Positions 24,598 through 36,271 of a stretch of DNA of 64,000 nucleotides are shown here, piece after piece; within the stretch, counting starts at the first letter, position 1; every line of letters starts with the position of its first letter. The position numbers were made by a program, and so were the translations under genes. The stretch comes from Podospora anserina (taxonomy: Eukaryota), in NCBI GenBank assembly GCA_017654855.1, contig CM030334.1, positions 1,116,001-1,180,000 on the forward strand. Reading direction: 5' to 3'. The notes below the pieces were generated by a model that was not told the DNA's origin, did not search any database, and saw nothing but the letters and a program-made list of their open reading frames with translations.

Positions 24598-27180
24598 CGT
24601 CACCTAGTTCAATGCAACCTGAAGTAGATAAGTGACGAGGACATGTAATGAGATGGTCCCTTCGTGGAGTCGGCGAGTCGGATATGGCACGTGTCTGAAA
24701 GAGAAAAGCCGTCGTAGAACTAAGTGATTTGCTAGGTAAGCATAGGTAATGTCGAGGGGGCACAAGGTTCGGATTGTGTCAAGGTTCAAACGGTCGTTGC
24801 TCGAGGAGCTCTTCTGTCCTATTAGGTTGGTTGGGGGCAAGGGTAGTGTGATTCGATGGGGTGGAAAGAGCAAAACTGTAGTAGCGACCCAAAGAGCGAC
24901 TTCGTTCGATTGTCGGTTGGGGAAATCAAAAGGGAGTCATGACTAGGCTCGGGGGCCGTCGGGGGCAGGGCAGGGTTGATGAGGGTTAATTGACGGAGGG
25001 GTCGACCACTCACTCTCACTTCAGGGTCCTCCACTGGCAGACGCTTGGGGTGTTGAGAGCTGCTAGATGAGAGCGCGAAAAAGGTGGCGGACGGAAGAGG
25101 GCGCGGGGTGGTAAAGACGCGACTCCGGGGCTCAGCGCGGGACAGGATGCAGGCCGAGAGATGTCGTGCGCTTCGGAGGTGATCAAGTTGTTCGGATGTT
25201 CAAGGTGCTCCTAGATTGCTTAGATTTGTGGTCCCGGCCCTGGAACTCCTCCAGTGCGGGCGCGCTGCCCAGAGCTCCCCGCTCCTATTGGCCCACCTGC
25301 TACACGTGACCTCAGCCTTGCTGTGTCGCTCCTGCCCTGTCTTCAATTTGCGACTTTAGATTTCCCGCTCCTCCCTTCAGCCGCGAAGAGAACACGACAA
25401 AGTTTTCATAGTACGGCTCATATTCTCCGCTCAATGGTTGTATGCCGATACAATCCTTCATACGGTAGTTTTGGCAGGCACTCCCGTGACCTAGTGCCAT
25501 CAACCATCAACTAGACCTGTTCCCATTGGAGACTTGGGGCATATGAAATGTTGGGAGATCTCCCATCCCATCTGCCACATGACACGCTAGCTCGAATCTG
25601 TACCTATGTTCCTTTGCTGGTAAATACGATGAACCAAGAAATTCGTGAACTCCAAGACGAGATGAACATCCATGACATGGATGCGATATGCCAACAATAA
25701 TAGCTGGAGGTCTCCAGCTTATTACCTTATTTGGTACCTCTGAAAGGGCGCTCAGGGGCTAGGCTGTGAGCAATGCCGTCATCGCCACGTTAGGGCAGGT
25801 TGCTATAAGTGAGTGGGGGGAGTCGCGTGTATTGTGATAACCTCTAGTCATTCCTACGGCCGAGCATCATCATCATGCCCATCACTTGATAACACTTACT
25901 CCGTTCATACTCTCCACCCATCGCAGCTTCCTGTTGACCAGCAATGCTTCGAAACAAAAATAGGCGCTCGATTCGAGAGCAAATGTCGACCCTTAAACGA
26001 TTTCCATGTGGCTTTCTCCCGGGCCAGCGGTACCGGTGGAAGCTAGATCTCTTGGCCTTCAAATGCAAGCGATGCCGCATCCGCACCGACTGCGATTGTT
26101 CACGATCACAAATCTTTGCTGACCTACCCCTTTCGAGTGCCAACCGACCTGTTTCAAACACACCCTTGGCGGCTTCCTCTGCTCCACAGCTTCTTAGCAC
26201 AAGAACCATATCATGGTGTAACAGACACCGAAGAGCTAATCTGTCTTGGCGCCATGACCATGATACATTGTCTTCTCTCCATAATCACAACCTCGTTTAC
26301 ATAGGTAGTCAAGAATAGCTGATCCGGTCCAATGGAGCACTCCAGCTCCGTCAGCCGCTCCGTTCAAGGTGCCATGATTCGCGTGGGAGGCCGTATCGGG
26401 TGCGTATTGAGCATTGATGTCGTCGGGTACGAAGTTGTGAAAGGTGCACAGCCTCAGGGTCGCCCGCCTGCCCCCCCAGAGTTCAGCGCCGGTCGCCAAC
26501 GGCTCAGTAGCCTATCAAAGCCATGGTGTGAGCATCCCGCGGCCGTTACGGCCCACTCGTCACTCGCGTCTCCCACGCACGGAGGAAGTTTGCTTTGGCC
26601 GAGTTGGGCTGTTGTGTGTGGTCTGTTTGGGTGTGCTGAGGTGTCTAGTCAGTCACCTAGTCTGAACAGATGTTTGATCCAGGTAGACTAGGTATTGTTG
26701 CTCGGTGCGTTCGGATGATGGTTTGCCAGTGACGACAGGAGTGACAGTTAAAATCGAACGGTGCTGTCGGGCCTGCTGGGCCCAGCAACTGGGGGAAAGT
26801 GGGGCATGGCACATCGTATCGCGCCCCAGGGCCGGCCGGGACGAGACGCTGCCAGTGGGAAGCTCCAGAGGCTAAACAGGGGGTCTGTTGGCGTGTTGGC
26901 GTTATGTAATCAGGCCTCAAGCCGCTATCAACCCATTGTTTCCCCTCGAAATTTCCTGGGCCACCGCTTACTGCTGGCCATGCATCCATACTGTGCCGGC
27001 TTCCTTTGAAAGGCGAGCGGTCAGCCAGAGCAGTGTGCTTCTCTTATTTCTCTCCAGTTTTCGTCCATCCGCGACCAATTCAACCCCTTCCCGAACCCAT
27101 TGCGCACAACGAACGAGGCCCCAGAGCGAGACGACGCTCCTCCGATTCCCCCTTCCTCCTATCCCACACATCTGCCAACC

Positions 27181-28387
27181 ATGGCCGCCATGCAAGAATC
27201 CGGACAGCACCAGACTGCCATCCGAAGGTACGTCCTGATCCACTCCATCCACCTTTTGCGATTCTGCCGGAGCCAGCACCGCGATCCCCTCAACCCCCCA
27301 ATTGAGACCTTGCTGACTCGACCCGTTGTTCAGGAAGCTCGTTATCATCGGAGACGGTGCTTGCGGTAAAACCAGTTTGCTGAGCGTATTCACCCTCGGC
27401 TTCTTCCCCACAGTAAGCCCTCCTGGACTGACCCACGCTTCGTCGGTGTGTTGTTGATGCTAACATGGGTAAACACAGCACTATGTAAGTCCTAGTCGCC
27501 GAATTACCAATTCTATGAATCACCTACAAACTCCATGCCAATGTTTCCCGCCGATGTGATCCTCCGGCCTTGCCTACTTCAACGACGCTAACCCACGTTA
27601 CCACCCCCATAGATTCCAACCGTTTTCGAAAACTACGTGACCGACTGCAAAGTAGACGGCAAGAACGTACAACTCGCCCTCTGGGATACCGCCGGCCAGG
27701 AAGACTACGAGCGGTTACGGCCGCTAGCATACTCCAAAGCACACGTCATCCTGATAGGCTTTTCCATCGACACGCCAGATTCACTCGATAATGTTAAACA
27801 CAAGGTGGGTTCCGCCGAATTCCCCCCCCCCCCCCCTTTCCCATGCTTCTTCTCGCATGGCCCCCCTCCCTCTTTCGGCCAACCCCCATGCTGCAAGACT
27901 CCGGGCTGCATCTAACGTCACCGTCATGGTGTTACGCTTGTACCACGCCGCAATCTCTTCTCCTCCCCATATTCGTCAATTGGCGTGGAAGAAGTCGGGA
28001 TCTGCTGGGTGTTGTGCCTTGGTTTGGGAGGGAGCAAGCGAGCGCAAAGGAGAAAGGAGGAAGCATTTTTGCTGACCGAGATAATGTGTAATACAGTGGG
28101 TGACAGAAGCACAAGAGAGATGTCCCGAGGTGCCGATCATCCTGGTAGGACTGAAGAAGGATCTCCGTGACGACCCAGTCGCCATCGAAGAGATGCGGAA
28201 GAAATCGCAGAGATTTATCACGCCGACCGAGGGCGAGCATGCCGCGAAAGAAATCGGCGCGCGCAAGTACCTCGAGTGCTCGAGTTTGACGGGCGAGGGC
28301 GTCGATGATGTGTTTGAGGCGGCCACGAGAGCGTCGCTGCTCATGTTTGAGAAGAGCGAGGGGGGCGGCTGCTGTGTCATTTTATGA
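27181..28387 (+). CDS. RHO2: Rho2 GTPase
   Basis: [57 protein letters not shown]-terminal CCVIL CAAX box. Four introns including a 6-nt microexon. Confidence 0.93.
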
Positions 28388-29512
28388 GCAACCAACGCAT
28401 CCGACATGTCGTGCTTCTCACGGGACAAGACCGATTTACGCCAGGAGGAGGACGAGATGGCATAGGTCTCTTTTGCAAGCCCCAGGTCGCGTTGGTAGTC
28501 GCATGAAGTAATAAGGCAGTTCAGGTCTGAGCAGCTTCGCTTCATGTTCATCATCGCCATCACTCCACCAACACACCACACTACACCACATACCACACCA
28601 GACGACATCACTGCCACCGCTTGGCCGGAACGAATAACATTCTTACTCAATCACCCCTCACAAACCGCCCTAAATCCGGCACAACAGTCCATACACACAC
28701 GACATTTGACGTGTTGAAACGACGGGAGGGGGGGGGGGAACAAAAAGGCCAGCGAGTTTCTGTATTAATAACGGTTTTATAGAAGTTACTTTCGGTTTTG
28801 CTTTTTCTCTCTCTGGTTGTATCTTTCTCAATACTCTCAGTCGGAGGCTTTTTTCTCTCTCAAGTATCGATCCAGGGAATGGGGGAACAAGCGGGGAGGT
28901 GTTTTGTTTTCATTGTCTGTATTTTGTCATGTTTTTTTTATTAGTGTTCATCAAAGGGAAATGGGAGGGGCACGCAGTGAAATTGGGTTTGGGCTGGGTT
29001 CTCTTTTCTCTTTTTCTTTTGTTTTGTTGCATGGAAAGCGAAACTGGGAATTTAATTATTTTGAACTGTGTTTTTGAGGTTTTTCTATCTTGAACTGCCG
29101 ATGTCTCTGTTTCCTACCATATCTCCATTTCTTCTCTATGAGCAGGGTAATATGGGAACATGTAAAAAGCGTGGTGTTGTACGTGCGGCAGGGGGCGGTT
29201 GTGATTTATCGAATATTTTCTGTATTCAAGTCGAAAAAAAAAACAGATTGTGGACTCATCATGTCATGACCAAGTGAGATTTGTGAAGTGTGGTTGAGCT
29301 TGTTTATTTGGCTGCTCTGAGCGCGATTTCCAAGTTTTTTTTTAAAAAAAAATGCCGAAAGCGTTTTCTTTTGTAGTGATGATACATGATATTTTATACA
29401 ACTTCTCTTTCCACACATCTCAAAATATATCAGGGTATATACACCCACCCACTCACTCACCCGCCCAATTCCCATCTCTCAATATCTTCCAAATCTAGGC
29501 CGAATCTACTAC

Positions 29513-30121
29513 TCAATCCCTCTTCCACTCATGATCCCACGGCACCCTCGCCGGCGTCTCCGTCTGCGCCCTAGCATACTCAATCGGCACCCCCTTGAGC
29601 CCGTAAACGCCCTTCTTCTCCATCGCCATCCTAAACAAATACCCCTCCTCCCTCGTCCCTGGCCCGCTGGTCAGCCTCAGCTCCTCGCAGGCGCGGTTCA
29701 TGGACTGGTACTGCCTCATCCAGTTCCTCTCGCGGGCCTCGCGCTGCTGGCGGCGAAAGAGAAGCCAGGCGCGGTGGATGGTCCAGTGACGGAGGTAGCG
29801 GTTGCGGGCCATGCGGAGGGGGGCGGGAATGCGTTGAGGGGAGAGGATGGCGAAGTGGCGGAGGAGGTTGATCATGCGGGGGTCGCGGGCTACTTCTCCT
29901 TTCTTCTTGGAGCGGCGGGTTGGTTGGTTTTTGTTGGCTGAGGAGGAGCCCTTGCCTGGTTTGGAGCCGGGGCCGAGTTTGGCGATGGAGGATTTGGAGA
30001 GGGCGAGGCTTGGGGGGGTGGTGGTTAGGGGGCGGCATTGTTGGGTGGGGAGGGGGGGTGGGCGGGTGAAGAGGCGGGTTGTGAGGGCCCTGAGGGAGGG
30101 GAGGAAGGTCTTGGTTGACAT
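29513..30121 (-). CDS. MRPL28: Mitochondrial large-subunit ribosomal protein (MRP-L28 / mL40 family)
   Basis: Arg/Thr-rich presequence; PLRMARNRYLRHWTIHRAW; QYQSMNRACEEL; PIEYARAQTETP..WDHEWKR. Confidence 0.85.
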   Translation of the reverse strand: MSTKTFLPSLRALTTRLFTRPPPLPTQQCRPLTTTPPSLALSKSSIAKLGPGSKPGKGSSSANKNQPTRRSKKKGEVARDPRMINLLRHFAILSPQRIPAPLRMARNRYLRHWTIHRAWLLFRRQQREARERNWMRQYQSMNRACEELRLTSGPGTREEGYLFRMAMEKKGVYGLKGVPIEYARAQTETPARVPWDHEWKRD

Positions 30122-31089
30122 GGTGATTGTTGTTAAAAGGGGATGAATTTGCGGGTCGAGTTTTCGGGTTTGGAGGGGGGGATCGTTTCTCAAGGACGGA
30201 TTTCTTGGGGCGGCCGTTGGTGGGGATGGCGGCGCCTTTGCGGTTCGGGGGAGGGGGTGAGGTTTTTGGGATATATCTCGAAAGGAATTGCTCGGAACTA
30301 GGTTGCAGTGGGCTTGTTCGATCGTGGGGGCGGTCGGTAGGTTCCTGATCTGCCGGTCTCGCAGTGGGGAGATGGCGAGTCTTGAGAGGTGCGAGTTTGG
30401 GTCGCTTTCCAGGAGGGTTGTCGTCGGAGGGGTCGGTGGTATCGAGTGGCCTCTTTTTCTTGGTGCTGTCCCCGGTGGAAAGTTTCCTTATCTTCGTGGA
30501 CCCGACGAAGACTGGTGTTTATCGCGGACGAGGGGACTCGATTGACCACTGCGGGGGCTCCGAGTCGCAAGGTGTTCGTGGTGCTCGCGGTAAAATGATG
30601 AAAAGTTGAGTGCTCCTGTGGGTCCCCGCACAACAGCTGCCTCTCGAGCGGTGATTGGCTGCTGGATTGCCGGCCGCCTAGAAATCTGGTTTGGCAGGCA
30701 CCCTGCCCACAAATAATTGCGACACCAAATACAAACCGCCTTTTCACACACGCCTTTCTCTACCAAAAAAGTATTTAAAAGCCTAAAAAAAGGGCTAGAA
30801 GGATATAGTACCTCAGGCCTACTCCTGTTAAAAATTTTGGAAGCTTTTAACTAAACTACAGTTGAGATATGACTGGTGAGAATTGGTGGTTCCTGGGTAA
30901 GTGACCGCGGTTTGGGTGGTTTGGTGTCTGAAGTAATTTGTGGGCAGGGTGGCAGGGACCCATTCCCGTTCCTTATCGTTATCACTTACACCCTCTTCAC
31001 TTCCACTTCCGCTCACAGTGATTCAGTCAAGGGTGATGTTTTCTGGCCTGCAATACAACAACACATGCGTGCTGACTGATGAGACGCTG

Positions 31090-32059
31090 TTTAAAGCATA
31101 GATAGTCCCTCTCTATTCATCCTCTCTGTGTGATGCTTAAGCAGAATGTCGAAATTGGTACCAGATGCATCTTCGAGTAAAGGGATAAACGAATTCCACT
31201 CAAGTTAATACGAGCGAAAGCCCCAAATATTGTTCTTTCGCAGCTTGTAAACCACCAGGAAGCCGCGGCATATGTATCCGTCGCTGTTGAGGTCTGGCAA
31301 ACTGCTATAAGCTGGGCAGGACGAACCTTTGGCGTGATCATAGTCGTCTCGTCCCAAAAGCCGACAATCTAAGTTTCCACAGCTCAGACAGATATTGCCG
31401 ACTTAGCTGATTTGATTCTGTCTCAGCCTCAATCCGATCCGCTCAAGTTCGAATAGAAGCGATTGTTACTGGACAGCCGGATTAAAAGCCAATAGAGAGA
31501 TAACCATCTCGAAAATTGCCGGCAGGACTGCGTACATGAACCGCCGAAAGTAATGTCTGGAAAATTGCTGGATTTGGCTTTCGTACCTCAGGCACCTCTT
31601 GAGAGTGTACCTGATCTTGGGGTTCTTTGCTACCCGGAAGACGTGGTCGCCGGGCTGGTGTCCCGTGAGCCGGATGTCTTCTCGAAAGATAGCAGCGACT
31701 TTTGCGCTTCGAATTCGAACTCCTTGGATGTGAACGGAGAAATGTGAGATCTCATCGCCCACACGCGAAAGACCGTCTTCCAGAAGAACATTGCTGGCGC
31801 TGGCGTACTTAGCTCATTCTCGCGAGCTACCTCGCACGACTACACTGTAAACTGGTGAGCCTGAACCAGGCTGGCCCAGCGTGCGGAGGCGTCTGTTCGC
31901 TGCAGCGACATCCCGGTGGCTGTTGTTGCTGTTATTAATGGTATTGATTCTGTTACTGCTGTTGGTGCTGTTGCCGGGGATCCTGTTATTATAGGTGATC
32001 GTGGTTGGTGCTGGTCGTAGGGTTGTTACTTGCTGGTTTGTACTGTGTCTCTTGTCATA
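31090..32059 (-). pseudogene. Possible decayed gene remnant next to the transposon
   Basis: Coding-like stretches (e.g. ...LEWNSFIPLLEDASGTNFDILLKHHTERM) broken by stops and frameshifts; no homology recognised. Confidence 0.2.
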
Positions 32060-32098
32060 CAGGATTGAATTTAAAAGTCAAAGGCTTTGAGGAACATA

Positions 32099-32151
32099 AC
32101 GTGCATGATAAGCGAGCGACGCAGATAAGCGAGCGACGCACTCTCCACCAC
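32099..32151 (+). repeat. Left terminal inverted repeat (two 17-bp direct repeats GATAAGCGAGCGACGCA)
   Basis: Reverse complement of 33908-33960. Confidence 0.95.
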
Positions 32152-32188
32152 CTTACTATAACTATCCTCAATTGCTAGACCACAACAT

Positions 32189-33861
32189 TAAGAACCAACT
32201 ACAATTACGTCAGAAACAGCTGAATCAGACCCTTCTGCAGCCTCCTGGCAAGTGCGGGCATTATGGCCAGGCTTGCCGCACACACCACAGCACTGAACCT
32301 TCGTACGAGCCCCCCCTATACTACCGCCATCCGGCTGTATTTCTTCCACTGCCTCCCCACCCACGGCCTTCTGGTCCAGTAGATCCTATGCATCTTGCAC
32401 AGTAAGTGATCCTCCGAGTCGTACACGTGTTTTTTTAGCTCTCCGGCGCTTACTTAGTGCCTCATTGGCCTTGCGGAGCGAAGCGTTCTCTGACTGAAGG
32501 AGGGCTACTTAGTGTATTACAGTTATCGTACCCTTAGTAAGCTAGTCTATAGTAACTAATATCGAGGTCGGGGAGCTATTTTAATAGTTAGTAATACGAG
32601 TCTTAATAAACGTTAACTATAAATTAGTTTCTCGGGAGTTTTATAATATTTAAAATACTTAAGGTAGTACCATGCCCGGCCTTAAGAATAAGGGTATTAG
32701 TATACGAAGCTTTATATTTAGTTTAGAAAGTACCCTCTTTGGATTATATAGTATAAGGCTAGTACCCGTAAAGCTACCCTATATATTTTTCTCTATTATA
32801 AAAGCGAAGAAAGCTTCGCGGAAAGTATAAAGAAACTTAAACTTACTTACATAATTAATATATATATATATTAAGCCCTTAATTTAGCAGCCGTACGCTT
32901 ATTTTAACGGCCTAAAATAATTAATATTAAGTGGCTAGAGGAAGTGAGAGGAGTATAGAGGTATATAAAGTATAATAATATTATTCTATTAATAGTAGCG
33001 CTCGAATTTAATTAAGTAGTAACTTTCGTAATTATCGAGGATTAATAACCGGTATTTACCCTTCGTATAGGACGCTATATAATAATTAAAATATTTAATT
33101 TAATTTAGGCCTACCGGATTAATAGTTTAATTATTATCGGTAATTACGATACGTTAAATAAATAATAAATTATATTCGGTATATTAATTAATAAAGTAAT
33201 ATTATATAATTAAAATAATAAAAGGTAAAATAGTTTAGCCGAGGGTATTAACTTTTTAAATTATTATTATTTATTTATAATTATTAAGTTAAGTTAGTTT
33301 TATTTTATTAAAGCCGTCCGAAGTTATAACTATTATATTTACGAAAATAATATTTATTATAAACTTAATTTCATTAAAATTATAAATATTATTATTTATA
33401 ATACTATACTTAGCCTTAATATTCCGTACGAATATAAACCATTTAATAATAACCTTTAAATCCTTATACTTAGCCCTTTAGTAGTTATATTTATATGTAA
33501 AACGCGTACGGAACTATGGCTAGCGTTTAACGAAGTTATAGGCCTAGCGTTTACTAATAAGAGGCGCGTTGCGTACGCGTAGTAGTTAGTTAACTATATC
33601 TTCCACGCTACTTAATTTAGGTAGGAATGCGCGTGTAAATAGCTTAAGGACGTACTGAACTATCGTCTTCTCCTCCAGATCCGTTAAATTACGTAAGTTA
33701 ACTAAAATATCGCGTCGCATTAGTCGGCCATTACGCCTATAGCGGAGGGTTGCTTCTGGGACGTTATATAACTTGGCTGTAGTACGGATACTAAGATCCT
33801 CCTTATTTTGAATAGCTTCGAGGGTAAAAAGAAGTCTAGCTTCTTTTGAAGGGCCGTCCAT
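32189..33861 (-). pseudogene. Pogo/Fot1 transposase pseudogene (HTH_psq, DDE, C-terminal CCHC knuckle)
   Basis: N-term MDGPSKEARLL..LSIRTTAKLYNVPEATLRYRRNG; C-term RCGKPGHNARTC-type knuckle; central part very AT/TpA-rich with many stops. Confidence 0.9.
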
Positions 33862-33907
33862 GGTTGTTGGTGGTGAATTGTAGTAGAAGATATTTAAGAG
33901 ACGTGTT

Positions 33908-33960
33908 GTGGTGGAGAGTGCGTCGCTCACTTATCTGCGTCGCTCGCTTATCATGCACGT
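33908..33960 (-). repeat. Right terminal inverted repeat
   Basis: Reverse complement of 32099-32151 with one C/T difference. Confidence 0.95.
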
Positions 33961-34755
33961 TACCGTTTTTATTTAAAAAATAAAAATAAAAAAAGACTGA
34001 AACTAGAAAATCAGAGTATACGATGGACTTTAAGGTAAATATTGCTTTTGAGAACTTCAATGCTAGTAAGCTCTGGAACATAAGTATTAAGTTTGCAATA
34101 CAATGCTAGAGTTGCTTTCAGAGCCTGAGGTAAAATGACCCCACAGCCAGTCCCGGTGACCAGTTTTTGGTCCGTTTCGGTTTTGTCATGGATTCACGAC
34201 GACAACGTGGGTAAGATACTTCACCAAAGCCGATTTTCAGCGCCTTCTGTTAAACTGTGCTAGCAAGGACATCGAGGATGAAAATGCCCGGTTGCGTTGA
34301 CTGTGTTGTTTGAATTGATGTAGACCATGAGGAACGCATCTTTTCTTTCCTTGAAGTGACCGGCTCCATCCGAACACTTCAAAACCAACTAGATACCACT
34401 AAATGAGAAAAAGAAGAGGTTATCTTCTAGAGTAGCTATAATATAAAGCCAAATGTTCGGTGCCTCTAGGCTATCGAGCAGTGTCAAACTTTTCATGACA
34501 TCAAGGGATATTGTCAAAACGACTCGACCACTTCGTCTGTGGGAGTATAGATGTGGGAAACGGGCTTGCTAGAACTCCCTCAAACAGCTTGATCTGCTGA
34601 TAGCTAACTCTTTGTAGGTAATCAGTGTTAGATGGAAGCCAGGCCGGCAACACCCAGACGAACCTGCCTGCCCCATTGTTGCCTCCGTAACCAGGGGAGA
34701 CGCGAAACCAAGCTTATAAGATTGTGTTTGGTTCCACATAACAACAAAACAGACA

Positions 34756-34898
34756 GGGCGTATGGTCTAGTGGTACGACGTCTCATTTGCAAATAATTGT
34801 TCGTTGCTCTGAAACTGTTCCAATTCTGTAATAGTTGCATGGCTTGAATGATACACGGCTCCTTGAGAAGGTCCCGGGTTCAAACCCCGGTACGTCCA
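34756..34898 (+). tRNA. tRNA-Ala(TGC) with ~71-nt intron (34792-34862)
   Basis: Acceptor GGGCGTA/TACGTCC+A with the G3:U70 Ala identity pair; anticodon stem TCTCA..TGAGA around TT-TGC-A; T-loop GGTTCAAACCC; downstream T-runs. Confidence 0.88.
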
Positions 34899-36145
34899 AT
34901 CCCTTTGCATTTTTCTGCCTTTTTGGTTTACTTCACCAGTGGTAATGTCTGTGATTGATTTTACACAACCTCACAGTGTGTTATAACATAATAGATGGCA
35001 TTCCAATGATATATCTAGGTAGGTACCTAAGCATCCACCGTTCTCATCATGACCATAGCTACCCTAATCAATCATCTTGACTAGGCACTGAAATAAAATT
35101 CAGCCACCAGCAGGATCCATCCTAGTGTGTTAAGCAAGAACTGAATTCATTAAAGTAGACCTTTTACAGTCAAGTGATTTTCGAGCTCGCGGTTATGAGA
35201 TACCTGCTGGAAAGTATTCAAGTAGGTAGTCTTTGGAACTTCTTTCTGAAGCAAACCTCCCGTAGCGTCGTAGTTGATTTGCCTTGCCATTTCTTCCGCT
35301 AGTTTACCAACAACAGGTGCGGATCAATACAACTTCATGAGTGGACGGTCTTCTCACTTTGATAGAGAATTATGTCTCGTTATACTAACCGCTGTCAATT
35401 TGATTGAGGCGCCATCAACTACCTGTATGTGGATAACCAGAGGAATATGGCACAAACACTAAATACCTACTTAACACCGTCTTGAAATGATCGCTGCTTT
35501 AGGAGGACGGGTCTCCAATAGGAGCCTAGAAGAAGCCTACTAAATGTGTAGTGAATAGGATGTAAGTAGTTCAGGAAGACATTTGTCGGTCCTATGTTTT
35601 CAGGGGATCCGTACGTGTCCAAAGGCTGCCATCCAATCCGGCAAAACCCCAGGCATTTTACCGAACTGAATGGATTTGATAGAGTAATTGACAAGGAACC
35701 CCCACGCAGCCTGAGCGATCTCGCGAGCCAGGACTGCATGATGGACAGTTGACAGTCAGGGACTGGGATAAATCCTTGACGAGGTTGACACTGACACATG
35801 CGTCCCTGAGCGAGTTCCGGTTGAATGTGAGGGTACGACGGTTATCCAGGTATCTTCCTCAGATATATAGGTGGTTCAGGGTAATGAGGAGAAGAAGGAA
35901 ATATCAAAGTTTTACTCGAGATATGAGAGAATTAAAGCCGTGAATATGCTCGTCTTGAACATGAAGCGTCGTTTCGCTCTCGCGCTGCCCCTCCATGCGA
36001 TAAGAGAAGTGCAGTGGTTGGATAAGAGAGCCAGCCAATTGTGTGGGGAAGCGCAAAAATAAAGTGGGTTCTGCTCTCTGCCCCGCCATCATAAAAACTC
36101 GAAAGTGCCACCACCACCCCGCCTCCAGACTCGCAGCTCGCTCGA

Positions 36146-36151
36146 TGACTC
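36146..36151 (+). promoter_or_regulatory. TGACTC element (Gcn4/CPC-1- or Bas1-type site) upstream of ADE6
   Basis: Motif ~125 nt upstream of a purine biosynthesis gene; function inferred only. Confidence 0.35.
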
Positions 36152-36271
36152 TGTATCCATTCCAGTGAGCTTTGGCTCTCTGCAGTCGTCCATCCCCTAT
36201 ATTTGAGCTGACCTCCCCCCCGCCCCGTTGTCATTGCTCCCTCTTCTGTGTCATCGCAATCACCGCAAACG

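Larger units (their letters stand above)
32099..33960 (-). mobile_element. Complete Fot1/pogo (Tc1/mariner superfamily) DNA transposon, 1862 bp, RIP-inactivated; resembles Podospora Pat
   Basis: 53-bp TIRs (ACGTGCATGATAAGCGAGCGACGCAGATAAGYGAGCGACGCACTCTCCACCAC, one mismatch) and TA target-site duplication at 32097-32098 and 33961-33962. Confidence 0.95.

Noticed and set aside
30809-34132. 10-bp inverted pair TACCTCAGGC / GCCTGAGGTA flanking the transposon island
   Set aside because: Too short and built on the common TACCT motif; probably chance.
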